Below are positions 39,549 to 49,391 of a stretch of 64,000 nt of DNA, in pieces (the stretch's first letter is position 1; every line of letters begins with the position of its first letter). The stretch is from Candidatus Obscuribacterales bacterium. Lineage in GTDB: Bacteria > Cyanobacteriota > Vampirovibrionia > Obscuribacterales > Obscuribacteraceae. Position numbers and translations under genes: made by a program. Below the pieces are notes generated by a model. That model saw only the letters and a list, made by a program, of their open reading frames with translations. It was not told the origin of the DNA and did not search any database. The stretch lies in the NCBI GenBank assembly GCA_965228855.1, contig CBDDIJ010000002.1, positions 2,400,001-2,464,000 of the forward strand, read 5' to 3'.

Positions 39549-40118
39549 ATGGTAAAACGGTTTTTGGGCGCATTTGCAATCGCGTCGCTCGTTGTGGCAC
39601 CGGCGATTGCTGCGGACTATCCGAAGATCGCATATGATGCGAAGTACACTATGAAGTCGCCACAGGGATCTTCTGAGATGCGCATGGCCTCAGACGGCGC
39701 AGGCAAACTTTTGACTGCCACAAAGATGGCTGGGATGTCGACAACCTCGATCGTGGATTACACGAATATGACCAGCACCACATTGATTGACGCCAACAAG
39801 ATGGCGATGGTTAACAAACTTCCGGCGACTCAGAAATACATGGGCGATGCCGATGCAATCAAGAAAAATGGTGGCAAAGATCTCGGCACTAAGACTATCG
39901 CTGGTCATCCGTGCCACGGTTGGGAGTACACCACTGATGGTGCCAAATCAGAGTGTTGGATTGGTGATGACATCAAGACGATGGTTCAATCGACGAGTAC
40001 TACTAAGCAGGGGAAAACTGTCATGACGCTTACGAGCTTCAAGGCTGGCGCTCCGGCTGCGAGTGATTTCAAAATTCCGGCAGGATACAAAATGATGAAG
40101 GTTCCTGGTGCTGGTTAA
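39549..40118 (+). CDS. Secreted DUF4412-like protein
   Basis: Signal peptide; LGTKTIAGHPCHGW and SDFKIPAGYKMM motifs; AAGGAG RBS. Confidence 0.75.
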   Translation: MVKRFLGAFAIASLVVAPAIAADYPKIAYDAKYTMKSPQGSSEMRMASDGAGKLLTATKMAGMSTTSIVDYTNMTSTTLIDANKMAMVNKLPATQKYMGDADAIKKNGGKDLGTKTIAGHPCHGWEYTTDGAKSECWIGDDIKTMVQSTSTTKQGKTVMTLTSFKAGAPAASDFKIPAGYKMMKVPGAG

Positions 40119-40199
40119 GGCTCGAAACCCTTTGCTATTTTAGCGTTTCGGTTTTAGTTCCAGTATCTGAAAAGTAACTGAGGATCCGATCGGATACCG

Positions 40200-40248
40200 G
40201 CCCGTCACGTTGGAGAGTAACAATTACCTCCCACGGGACGGGCTTTTT
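40200..40248 (+). terminator. Intrinsic terminator
   Basis: GCCCGTCACGTTGGAG...CTCCCACGGGACGGGC followed by TTTTT. Confidence 0.75.
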
Positions 40249-40357
40249 CGCGATCATGGTTACCAAAAATTGGAGATCACAACTTATTCGTTGTAAGTCG
40301 TTTTAAAATTTGTCTGTTGCCATCGGCAATAGTCGTAGTTGGACGTATGGAAAAAAT

Positions 40358-41212
40358 ATGAAACTCAAACCTCTATTCCTTTCAGTAGGCCTCGCATTCA
40401 TGATTAACTCAGCTGCAACGGCTGCAGAAACGCCGAAACTTGAATTTCCGCAACCGAGCCCGTCCTGCACTCTCAAGCAGCGCGTCGGTTTGACGGATGT
40501 TGAAGTCACCTATTCGAGACCCGGTAAAAAAGATCGCGAGATTTTTGGAACGGTCGTACCATACGACAAGGTTTGGCGCACTGGAGCTAATGCAGCTACT
40601 AAAGTGGTTTTCAGCACTCCCGTCAAATTGAATGGCAATGACGTTCCCGCTGGCACGTATGCATTGATGACCATTCCCGGCAAAGAAGAATGGACGATCA
40701 TCATCAACAAGAACACCGATCAATGGGGTTCCTACAAATACGATGAAAAGCAAGACCTGGTTCGTTTCAAAGCAAAACCGCTTGAACTAGCAAAGTCAGT
40801 CGATGCATTCACAATCGAATTCAACGATATTCGTGATGAATCCTCGAATTTGAACCTCACATGGGACAAAACATCTGTTCCGATCAAGCTCGAAGTTTCT
40901 TACGTTGAAAAACTGATGGCTGACATTGATAAGGTGATGTCATCTGATGATGCGAAGAAACCGTACTTCCAAGCAGCTGCGTTTTATTTCAATCACGGCG
41001 GAGACCTGGCTAAGGCAAGCAAGTGGGTTGATCAGGCAATAGCTGAGCGCGAGGCGTTTTACATCGTTCACCTGAAGGCTCAAATTCTTGCAAAACAAGG
41101 CGAGAAAAAAGAAGCGCTTGCAGCTGCAAAACGTTCAAGCGAACTTGCTGAAAAAGCCAATGATGGCGCCTATGTCCGCCTGAACGACGAACTTATCAAA
41201 AAGCTCCAGTAG
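40358..41212 (+). CDS. DUF2911 domain exported protein with C-terminal TPR-like helices
   Basis: PQPSP, VTYSRP, VPYDKVWRTGANAAT, VPAGTYAL, QWGSYKYD. Confidence 0.88.
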   Translation: MKLKPLFLSVGLAFMINSAATAAETPKLEFPQPSPSCTLKQRVGLTDVEVTYSRPGKKDREIFGTVVPYDKVWRTGANAATKVVFSTPVKLNGNDVPAGTYALMTIPGKEEWTIIINKNTDQWGSYKYDEKQDLVRFKAKPLELAKSVDAFTIEFNDIRDESSNLNLTWDKTSVPIKLEVSYVEKLMADIDKVMSSDDAKKPYFQAAAFYFNHGGDLAKASKWVDQAIAEREAFYIVHLKAQILAKQGEKKEALAAAKRSSELAEKANDGAYVRLNDELIKKLQ

Positions 41213-41228
41213 TTTAGTTGGTAAAACG

Positions 41229-43826
41229 TTGAAGGTATCTAAGGAAAAATCATTCAAGAAGTGGCGTTGTGCAATTGCCGTTATGGCTTGTGCAACGTCG
41301 CTTTTTGCGTTTTCCGATGATGCCGCGCTTGGAGCTGATAAACCGAATTTGAGTTTGAAAATGCACACTGAATCTCCGAAAGAAATACTGCATCAGCTCG
41401 AGAGTTTTCGGCAGATGGGAAGCGTGCTCTATGTAGCGGCGCACCCGGACGACGAGAACACGGAATTGCTGACTTATCTCGCACGCGGTCGCAAATACCG
41501 CACCGCTTACTTGTCGCTCACTCGCGGTGATGGTGGGCAGAATGTGCTGGGCGCGGACTTGGGAGATAAACTTGGTCTGGCGCGAACGCAAGAACTACTT
41601 GCTGCCCGGCAGATCGATGGTGCTCATCAATTTTTTTCGCGCGCGATTGATTTCGGCTTTTCTAAAAATTATCAAGAGACTCTTAACGTTTGGGACAAGC
41701 AAGAAATTCTCTCCGACGTCGTTCGCGTGATTCGGAAGTTTCGTCCGGATGTCGTCATAACTCGTTTTTCACCGAAGCCTGGCGGTACGCATGGGCATCA
41801 CACGACGTCGACAATTCTTGCTCAGGAAGCTTTTAAACTGGCTGGGGATCCGAAGGCGTTTCCTGAACAGAAGCTTGAACCCTGGCAGCCGAAGAGAATC
41901 TTCTGGAACTGCTCGATTTGGCAAAAGGACAAAATAGGCGATGCTGAGATTTTAAAGATTGACGCGGGCGGAAAAGATTCTGTAACGGATGAGACATACC
42001 ATTCTCTAGCCAGAGCCAGCCGCGCAATGCACAAAACGCAGGGATTCGATACGTTTCAATTTCCCGGAGACAAGAACGAGCATCGCACCGAGCAGTTTCA
42101 GTTACTTGATGGAGAGCCTGCCACCGCTGATATCATGGATGGTGTCAACACGAGCTGGAAACGAGTCAAAGGCGGCGAAACAATTGACAAGGAAATCGCT
42201 GATATCATCGGCCGATTCGATGTAATGAAACCGGCGAAGAGCGTGCCCGGATTGCTGAAACTGCGAATAGCGCTGGACAAGCTGCCAGACAAGGACTTGA
42301 TAATCAAAGAGAAGCAAGAGCAGCTTGATTTGATCCTTCAGGAGTGTCTTGGTTTGAAAACAGAGACAACTGTCTTTAACGCTGATGTGGTGCCCGGTGA
42401 GCATATGAAATTGCATAGCTCTGCGGTTGTCAATTCTGATACACCGAATGCGGTGAAGTGGATAGCGGTGAAGTATCCGCTGTTGAAAAAAGAAGTGAAG
42501 CGAGATGTCGAGCTCAAGCCGCACGCCGCAAGTATCTTCGAAGATACGGAAACGATGCCCGAGCATGCGCCCTTAACACAGCCTTACTGGCTTCGCACGG
42601 AGGGAACGCCTGGTGTGTTTCACGTTGAAGAGCCGGATTTGATAGGAACCCCTGAGAATGCGCCATCGTTTCCGATTGAAAACGTATTTGAAATCGATGG
42701 TCAGAAATTAGTAGTGCGAGATGAACCCGTGCAGATTTCTACGGATTCTGCCGGGAATCAGATTCGTCGTAGGCTGGACATTATTCCTCCTGTATCAATG
42801 CGTTTCACTACTGAAGTAGCGATAATGAACCCGTCCGCCTCGAAATCTGTCGAGGTCGAAATTAAGGCGGCTCGCGGTGGGTCAAAGGGAAGTTTGAGGT
42901 TGGAGGTGCCGTCAGTTTGGAAGGTCGAGCCAGAGAAGCAAGCGTTCGACTTGGCTGATGCTGGTCAAGTGGCTCACTTTACGTTTAAACTCACCGCGCC
43001 GAACAAGCCTGGTTCCGCTCGCGTCCTGGCCGAAGCGGATATAAACGGTTTGAAGTATCACAATCAGCGTATCGAGATAAACTATCCTCATTTGCCGCGC
43101 CAGGTGCTGTTGCCACCAACCGTGGTGAGAGCAGTTAGTCTGGATTTAAAAACGCTCGGCAAGTCCGTTGGCTATCTTCCCGGAGCCGGCGACAGTTTGG
43201 CTGAAAATCTTCAGCAGATGGGCTACGCGGTCAAAATGCTTGATGATGCCAGCCTGACTTCTAAAGACTTGGAAGGGCTCGATGCCGTCGTCCTTGGCGT
43301 GCGCGCCTTCAACGTACGTGTCAACATAGGCAAAGCGATGCCTGCGTTGATGTCGTATGTCGAGAATGGTGGCACGATGATTGTTCAATACAATCGCCCC
43401 GACCAAATGAAGACTGACAAGATCGCTCCGTTCGATCTCAAAATTTCGCGAGATCGTGTGACTGACGAAAATGCGGCAATCACCTTTTTAGCACCGGAAA
43501 GTCCGATTCTGAATACTCCGAACAAGCTTACTTCCGCTGACTTTGAAGGTTGGGTTCAGGAGCGAGGTCTGTATTTCCCAGACCGTTGGGACTCGCACTT
43601 CCAGCCGGTCCTATCTTGCGCCGATCGAGACGAGGCGCCATCGAAAGGTGTTTTGCTGATCGCCCCCTTTGGAAAAGGGCATTACATTTACACCGGTTTG
43701 AGTTTCTTCCGGCAGTTGCCTGCCGGCGTACCAGGCGCGTATAGGTTGTTCGCAAATATGGTTTCGCTTGGCGGGGAAATTTCATCGATTTCTGCGTCTA
43801 CCCCATCTAAAAATAATGAGCACTGA
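41229..43826 (+). CDS. Exported multidomain PIG-L/LmbE family deacetylase/amidase
   Basis: Signal peptide; AAHPDDE, LTRGDGGQN, RAIDFGFSK, THGHH; C-terminal Ig-like and GATase-like region (FFRQLPAGVPGAYRLFAN). Confidence 0.88.
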   Translation: MKVSKEKSFKKWRCAIAVMACATSLFAFSDDAALGADKPNLSLKMHTESPKEILHQLESFRQMGSVLYVAAHPDDENTELLTYLARGRKYRTAYLSLTRGDGGQNVLGADLGDKLGLARTQELLAARQIDGAHQFFSRAIDFGFSKNYQETLNVWDKQEILSDVVRVIRKFRPDVVITRFSPKPGGTHGHHTTSTILAQEAFKLAGDPKAFPEQKLEPWQPKRIFWNCSIWQKDKIGDAEILKIDAGGKDSVTDETYHSLARASRAMHKTQGFDTFQFPGDKNEHRTEQFQLLDGEPATADIMDGVNTSWKRVKGGETIDKEIADIIGRFDVMKPAKSVPGLLKLRIALDKLPDKDLIIKEKQEQLDLILQECLGLKTETTVFNADVVPGEHMKLHSSAVVNSDTPNAVKWIAVKYPLLKKEVKRDVELKPHAASIFEDTETMPEHAPLTQPYWLRTEGTPGVFHVEEPDLIGTPENAPSFPIENVFEIDGQKLVVRDEPVQISTDSAGNQIRRRLDIIPPVSMRFTTEVAIMNPSASKSVEVEIKAARGGSKGSLRLEVPSVWKVEPEKQAFDLADAGQVAHFTFKLTAPNKPGSARVLAEADINGLKYHNQRIEINYPHLPRQVLLPPTVVRAVSLDLKTLGKSVGYLPGAGDSLAENLQQMGYAVKMLDDASLTSKDLEGLDAVVLGVRAFNVRVNIGKAMPALMSYVENGGTMIVQYNRPDQMKTDKIAPFDLKISRDRVTDENAAITFLAPESPILNTPNKLTSADFEGWVQERGLYFPDRWDSHFQPVLSCADRDEAPSKGVLLIAPFGKGHYIYTGLSFFRQLPAGVPGAYRLFANMVSLGGEISSISASTPSKNNEH

Positions 43827-43971
43827 AACTAAGGTTGAAACGACTGCGGACGACGAGGACGACTGTACCGGTCTTCCCTGGCCTTCTAGCTGGAAATCAG
43901 CATATGCACTCGTGATCTGTTCTTTTAGCGTTTGGCTTTCTCTTCTTGTTGCTCTGGGGACTGTCAAATGA
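43816..43971 (+). CDS. Small single-TM protein, likely partner of the symporter
   Basis: 51 aa, ...PWPSSWKSAYALVICSFSVWLSLLVAL; overlaps both neighbours (ATGA with the symporter). Confidence 0.7.
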   Translation: MSTETKVETTADDEDDCTGLPWPSSWKSAYALVICSFSVWLSLLVALGTVK

Positions 43972-45839
43972 ACGAGCTCGATATCGCGGTACTCGTTGTC
44001 ACCATATTTAGTATCTCTATCTATGGCGTTTGGCGCACCCGACATCGGCACGATCTGAACAGTTACTTAAAAGGAAAAGGTCAGATGCCCTGGTGGGCAA
44101 TCGGACTTTCGGTCATGGCGACTCAGGCTAGCGCAATCACGTTTCTCTCCACACCGGGTCAGGGTTATTTGAGTGGACTGAGTTTCGTGCAGATATACTT
44201 TGGTGTTCCACTAGCTTTGATCATAATATCGATTTTCTTCCTGCCAATTTTTCACAGGCTGAATGTGTACACTGCGTATGAGTATCTGGAGAAACGATTT
44301 GATGCGAAGACGCGCTTGCTGGGTGCCGTCCTATTTCTCCTTCAGCGTGGTATCGGTGCAGGACTCACTATTTACGCACCTGCCATAGTGCTGTCTACCG
44401 TATTCGGATGGTCGCTACAGGCGACAATTATTTGCAGCGGTTTGGTAGTCACCGCTTACACCATGTTGGGTGGAACGGATGCTGTGACAGTCACGCAGAA
44501 ATATCAACTCGCCATCATCTTTCTTGGCATGATCACTGCTGGTTGTCTTTTGATTTTCAAGCTTCCGGCTGAGCTATCGTTTGTTGACGCGATGAGTGTA
44601 GCCGGCGGTTTCCAAAAGCTGAACGCCGTAAATTTTTCCACAAACATGAGTGAGCGGTACACGTTTTGGTCCGGCTTGTTGGGCGGGACGTTTTTGATGC
44701 TGTCATATTTTGGTGCTGACCAGTCGCAAGTTCAGCGTTATATATCGGGAACATCGGTGCGCGAGAGCCGACTTGGATTGCTGTTTAACGCCATCTTCAA
44801 AATTCCGATGCAATTTGGAATTTTGATGCTGGGGGTTCTGATGTTTGTGTTTTATCAATTTAAACAGCCGCCGTTATTCTTCGACACTACGGCAAATCGT
44901 TACGTTCAAAGTCAGCGTCTGGTTGCGCAGGAAGAACCTGGAAGCAGCAGCGCATTGCTTGATTTGGAGAAGAAGTTCAACTTAACGCATGCCACTACAA
45001 AAGGGCACTTGGAGAGCTGGCTGCATGCGAAACACTCGGGAGACCTGCAAACTGCTGAACAGGAATTTGCAGCAGCTGCTGCTGCTCAAGCCGAAGGAGA
45101 GAAAATCAGAGCGGCTGCGGCAGAACAACTGGCAGCGAAAAGCCAGGTGAAAACGAAGGGCGAGGTGGGAAGGAAAACTTCCGGTAAAGAACCGGTGAGC
45201 TCATCCGTGAATGCCGTAATCAATGGGGCTGCTGAAACTCGAATATCCACCACTGCCGGCGCGAAGGTGCCTGGAACCGCTCCGACAAAGGCGAATAACG
45301 CCGACTATGTCTTCATAACATTCATTCTTCAAGAGCTTCCTCACGGAGTTATCGGTTTGCTCGTCACTGCGTTTTTCCTCGCGGCACTATCATCCAAAGC
45401 TGCTGAACTGAATGCATTGGGTACGAGTACGACAATTGATTTCTACCGACTGCTGATCAGACGTGACGCGAGCGATAAAGAATGTGTTCTCGTAACCCGT
45501 GCGTTCACCGCATTCTGGGGCGTGGTTGCCATTTTTATCGCGCTCTATGCCCATTTGTCGGAGAATCTGATTCAAGCCGTCAATATTCTAGGTTCGATCT
45601 TCTATGGCGTGCTATTGGCACTATTTCTGGTGGCATTCTTTATAAAATGGGTCGGCGGAACGGCAATCTTCTGGTCTGCTCTCGTTGCTCAATTACTAAT
45701 TTTCTTTCTCTACTCCACGCTGACAATTTCCTATCTCTGGTTTCCACTCATTGGTTGCGCCGTATGTGTGATATTCAGCATCATCATGCAAATGTTTATA
45801 GGTAAAAATCAAAAGGTAATCGAAAACTACGGAACATGA
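43968..45839 (+). CDS. Sodium:solute symporter (SSS) family protein
   Basis: GLSVMATQASAITFLSTPGQ, TAYEYLEKRF, SYFGADQSQVQRY; multiple TM helices. Confidence 0.92.
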   Translation: MNELDIAVLVVTIFSISIYGVWRTRHRHDLNSYLKGKGQMPWWAIGLSVMATQASAITFLSTPGQGYLSGLSFVQIYFGVPLALIIISIFFLPIFHRLNVYTAYEYLEKRFDAKTRLLGAVLFLLQRGIGAGLTIYAPAIVLSTVFGWSLQATIICSGLVVTAYTMLGGTDAVTVTQKYQLAIIFLGMITAGCLLIFKLPAELSFVDAMSVAGGFQKLNAVNFSTNMSERYTFWSGLLGGTFLMLSYFGADQSQVQRYISGTSVRESRLGLLFNAIFKIPMQFGILMLGVLMFVFYQFKQPPLFFDTTANRYVQSQRLVAQEEPGSSSALLDLEKKFNLTHATTKGHLESWLHAKHSGDLQTAEQEFAAAAAAQAEGEKIRAAAAEQLAAKSQVKTKGEVGRKTSGKEPVSSSVNAVINGAAETRISTTAGAKVPGTAPTKANNADYVFITFILQELPHGVIGLLVTAFFLAALSSKAAELNALGTSTTIDFYRLLIRRDASDKECVLVTRAFTAFWGVVAIFIALYAHLSENLIQAVNILGSIFYGVLLALFLVAFFIKWVGGTAIFWSALVAQLLIFFLYSTLTISYLWFPLIGCAVCVIFSIIMQMFIGKNQKVIENYGT

Positions 45840-46624
45840 CATCACCGATAATATGTTTTGGTCAACAGCCCTGCGGATTCTTTCCGAAGCGATTTCTCGT
45901 TGCGAAGATACAGACTGCGCGCCGTTTGCAAAAGGAGATAGGCGGTGAGGTCATCTTCTTCTTCCATGACAGCGATCACGATCCGCGTGAAACGAAAACG
46001 ATTTTGCGCCACAAGACTACTGACGAATTGGCTCAGCTCAACTTCACCTATGAGAATAAAACGCAGCGAAAGTTTTCTCCTCTTTATTTGAAACGCATTC
46101 CCGCCGATTGGCAGGAGAAAACTGCGGCTCAGTTGCGCAACTACGTGGACTCTTCGATGATTGAAATGTTTAAAAGCGTCAAAGCTGACACGATCGCCGA
46201 CTTCTGTCTGGAGATGTACCGCTCTATGGGGCTCCTGGAGGGCGTCAAGGTCATCAGGTCCAGTGACAAGGAGTTTCGCCGGGGCGCCTGCGATATCGAT
46301 GATTTTTTTGTAGATGTGGCGGTGAATGGGAATAGTAAGTTAGACCCTGAAATCGTCCGCGCACGTTTTGCAGACAATGTTTTAAGACTGCACGAGGGTG
46401 GCGATAAGTTTCTAGACTTGCCTATGACTGATTTTACGAAAGAGCAAATTAGCCCCTCGCGTGATAGCCGCCTGAAGTGGATGCAGTCTGTTCTTCATTG
46501 CACGCATTACGTTGCCGGAGCGAGTGAGCAGGACTATCTGCGCAAAGAGGATGCACCGGAAATCGAGTACGTTACGCGTGATACCATCGATCGTTCGGAG
46601 GAGGCGCACATTGAGCTCATCTGA
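45836..46624 (+). CDS. Short BshC-like protein (putative bacillithiol cysteine-adding enzyme, about half length)
   Basis: GQQ...K..TA..L...VIFFFHDSDHD and YVAGASEQDY resemble BshC motifs GQQ, EDHD and Y.GGP.E..Y; context with bshA and bshB1. Confidence 0.65.
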   Translation: MTSPIICFGQQPCGFFPKRFLVAKIQTARRLQKEIGGEVIFFFHDSDHDPRETKTILRHKTTDELAQLNFTYENKTQRKFSPLYLKRIPADWQEKTAAQLRNYVDSSMIEMFKSVKADTIADFCLEMYRSMGLLEGVKVIRSSDKEFRRGACDIDDFFVDVAVNGNSKLDPEIVRARFADNVLRLHEGGDKFLDLPMTDFTKEQISPSRDSRLKWMQSVLHCTHYVAGASEQDYLRKEDAPEIEYVTRDTIDRSEEAHIELI

Positions 46625-47327
46625 TTCTGTCCTGGTCTTCGGCGCGCATCCGGACGATATTGAATTCGGTTGCGGTGGCGTCATTAAAATTGAAACAAAT
46701 AAAGGTCGGAAGGCTCACTTCGTCGTGACCTCGAAAGGCGAGGCGGGTACCAGTGGAACGCCGGAAACCCGTGTTGCGGAGTCAAAAAAGTCCGCGGAGA
46801 CTCTTGGCGCGACGATTGAGTTTATAGAGTTCGAAGGCGACTCTCATCTGGAGATGAAGGTCGAACATACGATTAAGCTGGCCGAGATTATTCGGCGCGA
46901 GCGACCATCGACTGTGCTTGCTCCAACTTGTGTGGACAATCAACACCCAGACCATTCTCGACTGGGCAAGCTGGTGCGAGACGCGGCTCGCCTGGCACGC
47001 TACGGAGGTCTGAAGGAGCTTCTGGCGTTGAAGGCTCATGCTATTGAGCAGTTGTTATTTTACGCAGTGACACCGGAAGGAGTGCCGCATGACGTGACTT
47101 CAATTTTAATCGATATATCCGCACCCGATGTTCTGAAAGCCTGGACCGAAGCTATGAAGTCTCATGCTTCTCAAGCTTCCACTCGCAATTACATTGAGAT
47201 GCAATTGACTCGCGCCAGACTGTTAGGAGTGCAGGCGGGAATTGAGCACGCAATCGCTCTGTATCCCAATGATCCTCTAATATTTGACTCGCTTTCTCAA
47301 ATCGGTAAAGGAGCGCGACGTTTCTAA
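46611..47327 (+). CDS. bshB1: N-acetylglucosaminyl-malate deacetylase (PIG-L family)
   Basis: FGAHPDDIEFGCGG, SKGEAGTSGTPETR, HPDH; TTG start overlapping the upstream gene. Confidence 0.85.
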   Translation: MSSSDSVLVFGAHPDDIEFGCGGVIKIETNKGRKAHFVVTSKGEAGTSGTPETRVAESKKSAETLGATIEFIEFEGDSHLEMKVEHTIKLAEIIRRERPSTVLAPTCVDNQHPDHSRLGKLVRDAARLARYGGLKELLALKAHAIEQLLFYAVTPEGVPHDVTSILIDISAPDVLKAWTEAMKSHASQASTRNYIEMQLTRARLLGVQAGIEHAIALYPNDPLIFDSLSQIGKGARRF

Positions 47328-48509
47328 ATGAACCTCAGGAATCCATTGAAAATTGGCATAAGCTGTTATCCGTCTGTCGGTGGAAGCGGAGTGATCGCGA
47401 CGACGCTAGGAGTTGAGCTTGCGCAGCGTGGACACGAAGTGCATTTCATAAGTTATGAGCGACCATTTCGTCTACCGGAGAATGCTCCACGAATTCACTT
47501 TCACCAGGTTGTAATTAACAGCTACGGTCTGTTCAAATATCCCGACTACTCCCTGCCGTTGTCCGTAGAGATGGCGCGCGTGAGTTGCGTGCACGACCTT
47601 GATATCATGCATGTGCATTACGCTGTTCCTCATGCCACGGCTGCAATTCTTGCGCGTTGTATGTTGCCTCAGGATAAACAGCCGAAGGTTGTCACCACGC
47701 TGCATGGAACCGACACTACACTGCTAGGTGCAGACCCTGGTTATGGACCGGCTATTCATCACGCTCTAACGCAATCGGATGCCGTCACTACCGTGTCATC
47801 ATTTCTGGAAGCGGAAACCCAGCGCGTGATCGGATACAAAGGAGCGATGCAAGTTATTTATAATTTCTTCGAGCCGAAACAGCCGTTGCGGTCTCGCGAG
47901 GAGGTCCGTCGAGAGCTGGGCGTCGGTGACGAGGTGCTGATTCTGCACTCGTCGAATTTACGCCCAATGAAGCGCGTTGATATGCTTTTGGAAACAGTCG
48001 CTCGCATTCAACCACGGGATAAGTTCAAACTCCTGATTCTCGCTGGAGCAGATTTCAAGCCGTTTAGAGATGATGTAAACCGGCTTGGTTTGGCGGACAA
48101 TATTATCGTCCGCGAGAACGTACTCGACATCGAAGACTATTTGCAAGCAGCTGATCTATCGCTGTACACATCGGAAAGCGAAAGTTTTTGCTTGAGTATC
48201 TTGGAAGCGATGTTCTTCGGCTGCCCAAGCGTCGCCACCAATGTTGGTGGCATCCCGGAGGTCGTGGATAATGGTGTTGACGGTCTGCTCGTACCGTTTG
48301 GTGATGTTGATGGCTTAGCTAGCGAAGTCCAGCGCTTAGTTGATGATGTTGATGAGCGGAAAAAATTAGGCGCGGCTGCCCTCGCCAACGCGCGCGAACG
48401 ATTTTCTGCTGATGCCATTATTCCTCAATATGAGGAGCTCTACTGGGCGTTGCTGCGGAAACCGCCTGTGGCTGCGGGTAGTGCGGTCGTTTCGTGTTCA
48501 GACGATTGA
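47328..48509 (+). CDS. bshA: N-acetyl-alpha-D-glucosaminyl L-malate synthase (GT4)
   Basis: KIGISCYPSVGGSGVIATTLG, HVHYAVPHA, TTLHGTD, SNLRPMKR, ESFCLSILEAM. Confidence 0.9.
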   Translation: MNLRNPLKIGISCYPSVGGSGVIATTLGVELAQRGHEVHFISYERPFRLPENAPRIHFHQVVINSYGLFKYPDYSLPLSVEMARVSCVHDLDIMHVHYAVPHATAAILARCMLPQDKQPKVVTTLHGTDTTLLGADPGYGPAIHHALTQSDAVTTVSSFLEAETQRVIGYKGAMQVIYNFFEPKQPLRSREEVRRELGVGDEVLILHSSNLRPMKRVDMLLETVARIQPRDKFKLLILAGADFKPFRDDVNRLGLADNIIVRENVLDIEDYLQAADLSLYTSESESFCLSILEAMFFGCPSVATNVGGIPEVVDNGVDGLLVPFGDVDGLASEVQRLVDDVDERKKLGAAALANARERFSADAIIPQYEELYWALLRKPPVAAGSAVVSCSDD

Positions 48510-48669
48510 GGACGGTCCGCGACTTCCTCTTCTAAGGTTTCCAGCAAAGCAATTCCGCCATTCCTGGACTATCGTTATTGACGCTCCTGCTTCAAAGGCT
48601 TCCTAATTTACTAAGTTGGCAATGTATGATTGGTGTCGCTATCCGCTATCGAGTATTTCAGGATTGAAT

Positions 48670-49353
48670 ATGAAACTCAAAAACTTCCTTTTATCATCCC
48701 TGGTCTTTTTGTGTTGTGCGACCCCTGCGCAGGCGTCGAACATACTCGAACTGTTTGAGTATCATGGTGATGAAGTCAAAATCAAACCAGGTCAAAGCTG
48801 GCTTGGACTGTACACCTCTGGCGGCAAGTATGAATTGAAGCCCACTAAGGTTGCGGTCACGATGGTTCAGGATCAAATTCTCGATGAGGATCCTAAGCAG
48901 AAGACTGCTAAGAAAATTTCCGTACCTGGAAAAGAAAGACCTGTTTATGTTATCGGTGGTGTTTCTGGGTTAAAAGCTGGCTCAGTTACTGCCGGAGTAC
49001 CGCTTAAGAAGGAATTTCTCGACGTTGGTGAGAGGCTCAATTTGAAGGTGGGCACCAGTCAAGCGACGCTTGTGATCGCTGGCACAAAGAAGGGTGAGTA
49101 TCGGAACAATTATTCGATCACACTCGAGAGTGGTGGCACCAAGCAGCTCATCATGAAAGCGAAGCAAATCGGCGAAGACGTTACACCGAAGCTTTTGTGG
49201 TGCGGCGACCTGGATGGTGATGGCAAGCTAGACTTGATTATGGATACGACCGACAATTACAACGTGAGCAACACCGTGCTCCTCCTGTCCAGTAAAGCTA
49301 AGCCCGGCAAGCTTGTTGAGCAAGTTGCCGTGCAGCATTCTACTGGTTGTTAG
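48670..49353 (+). CDS. Secreted hypothetical protein with a DxDxDG Ca-binding-like loop
   Basis: Signal peptide ending AQA; WCGDLDGDGKLDLI; ends in TGC. Confidence 0.75.
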   Translation: MKLKNFLLSSLVFLCCATPAQASNILELFEYHGDEVKIKPGQSWLGLYTSGGKYELKPTKVAVTMVQDQILDEDPKQKTAKKISVPGKERPVYVIGGVSGLKAGSVTAGVPLKKEFLDVGERLNLKVGTSQATLVIAGTKKGEYRNNYSITLESGGTKQLIMKAKQIGEDVTPKLLWCGDLDGDGKLDLIMDTTDNYNVSNTVLLLSSKAKPGKLVEQVAVQHSTGC

Positions 49354-49391
49354 TTTGAGGTGTCAGCTTTAGTAGCTCGTTCGGCTCGAAA

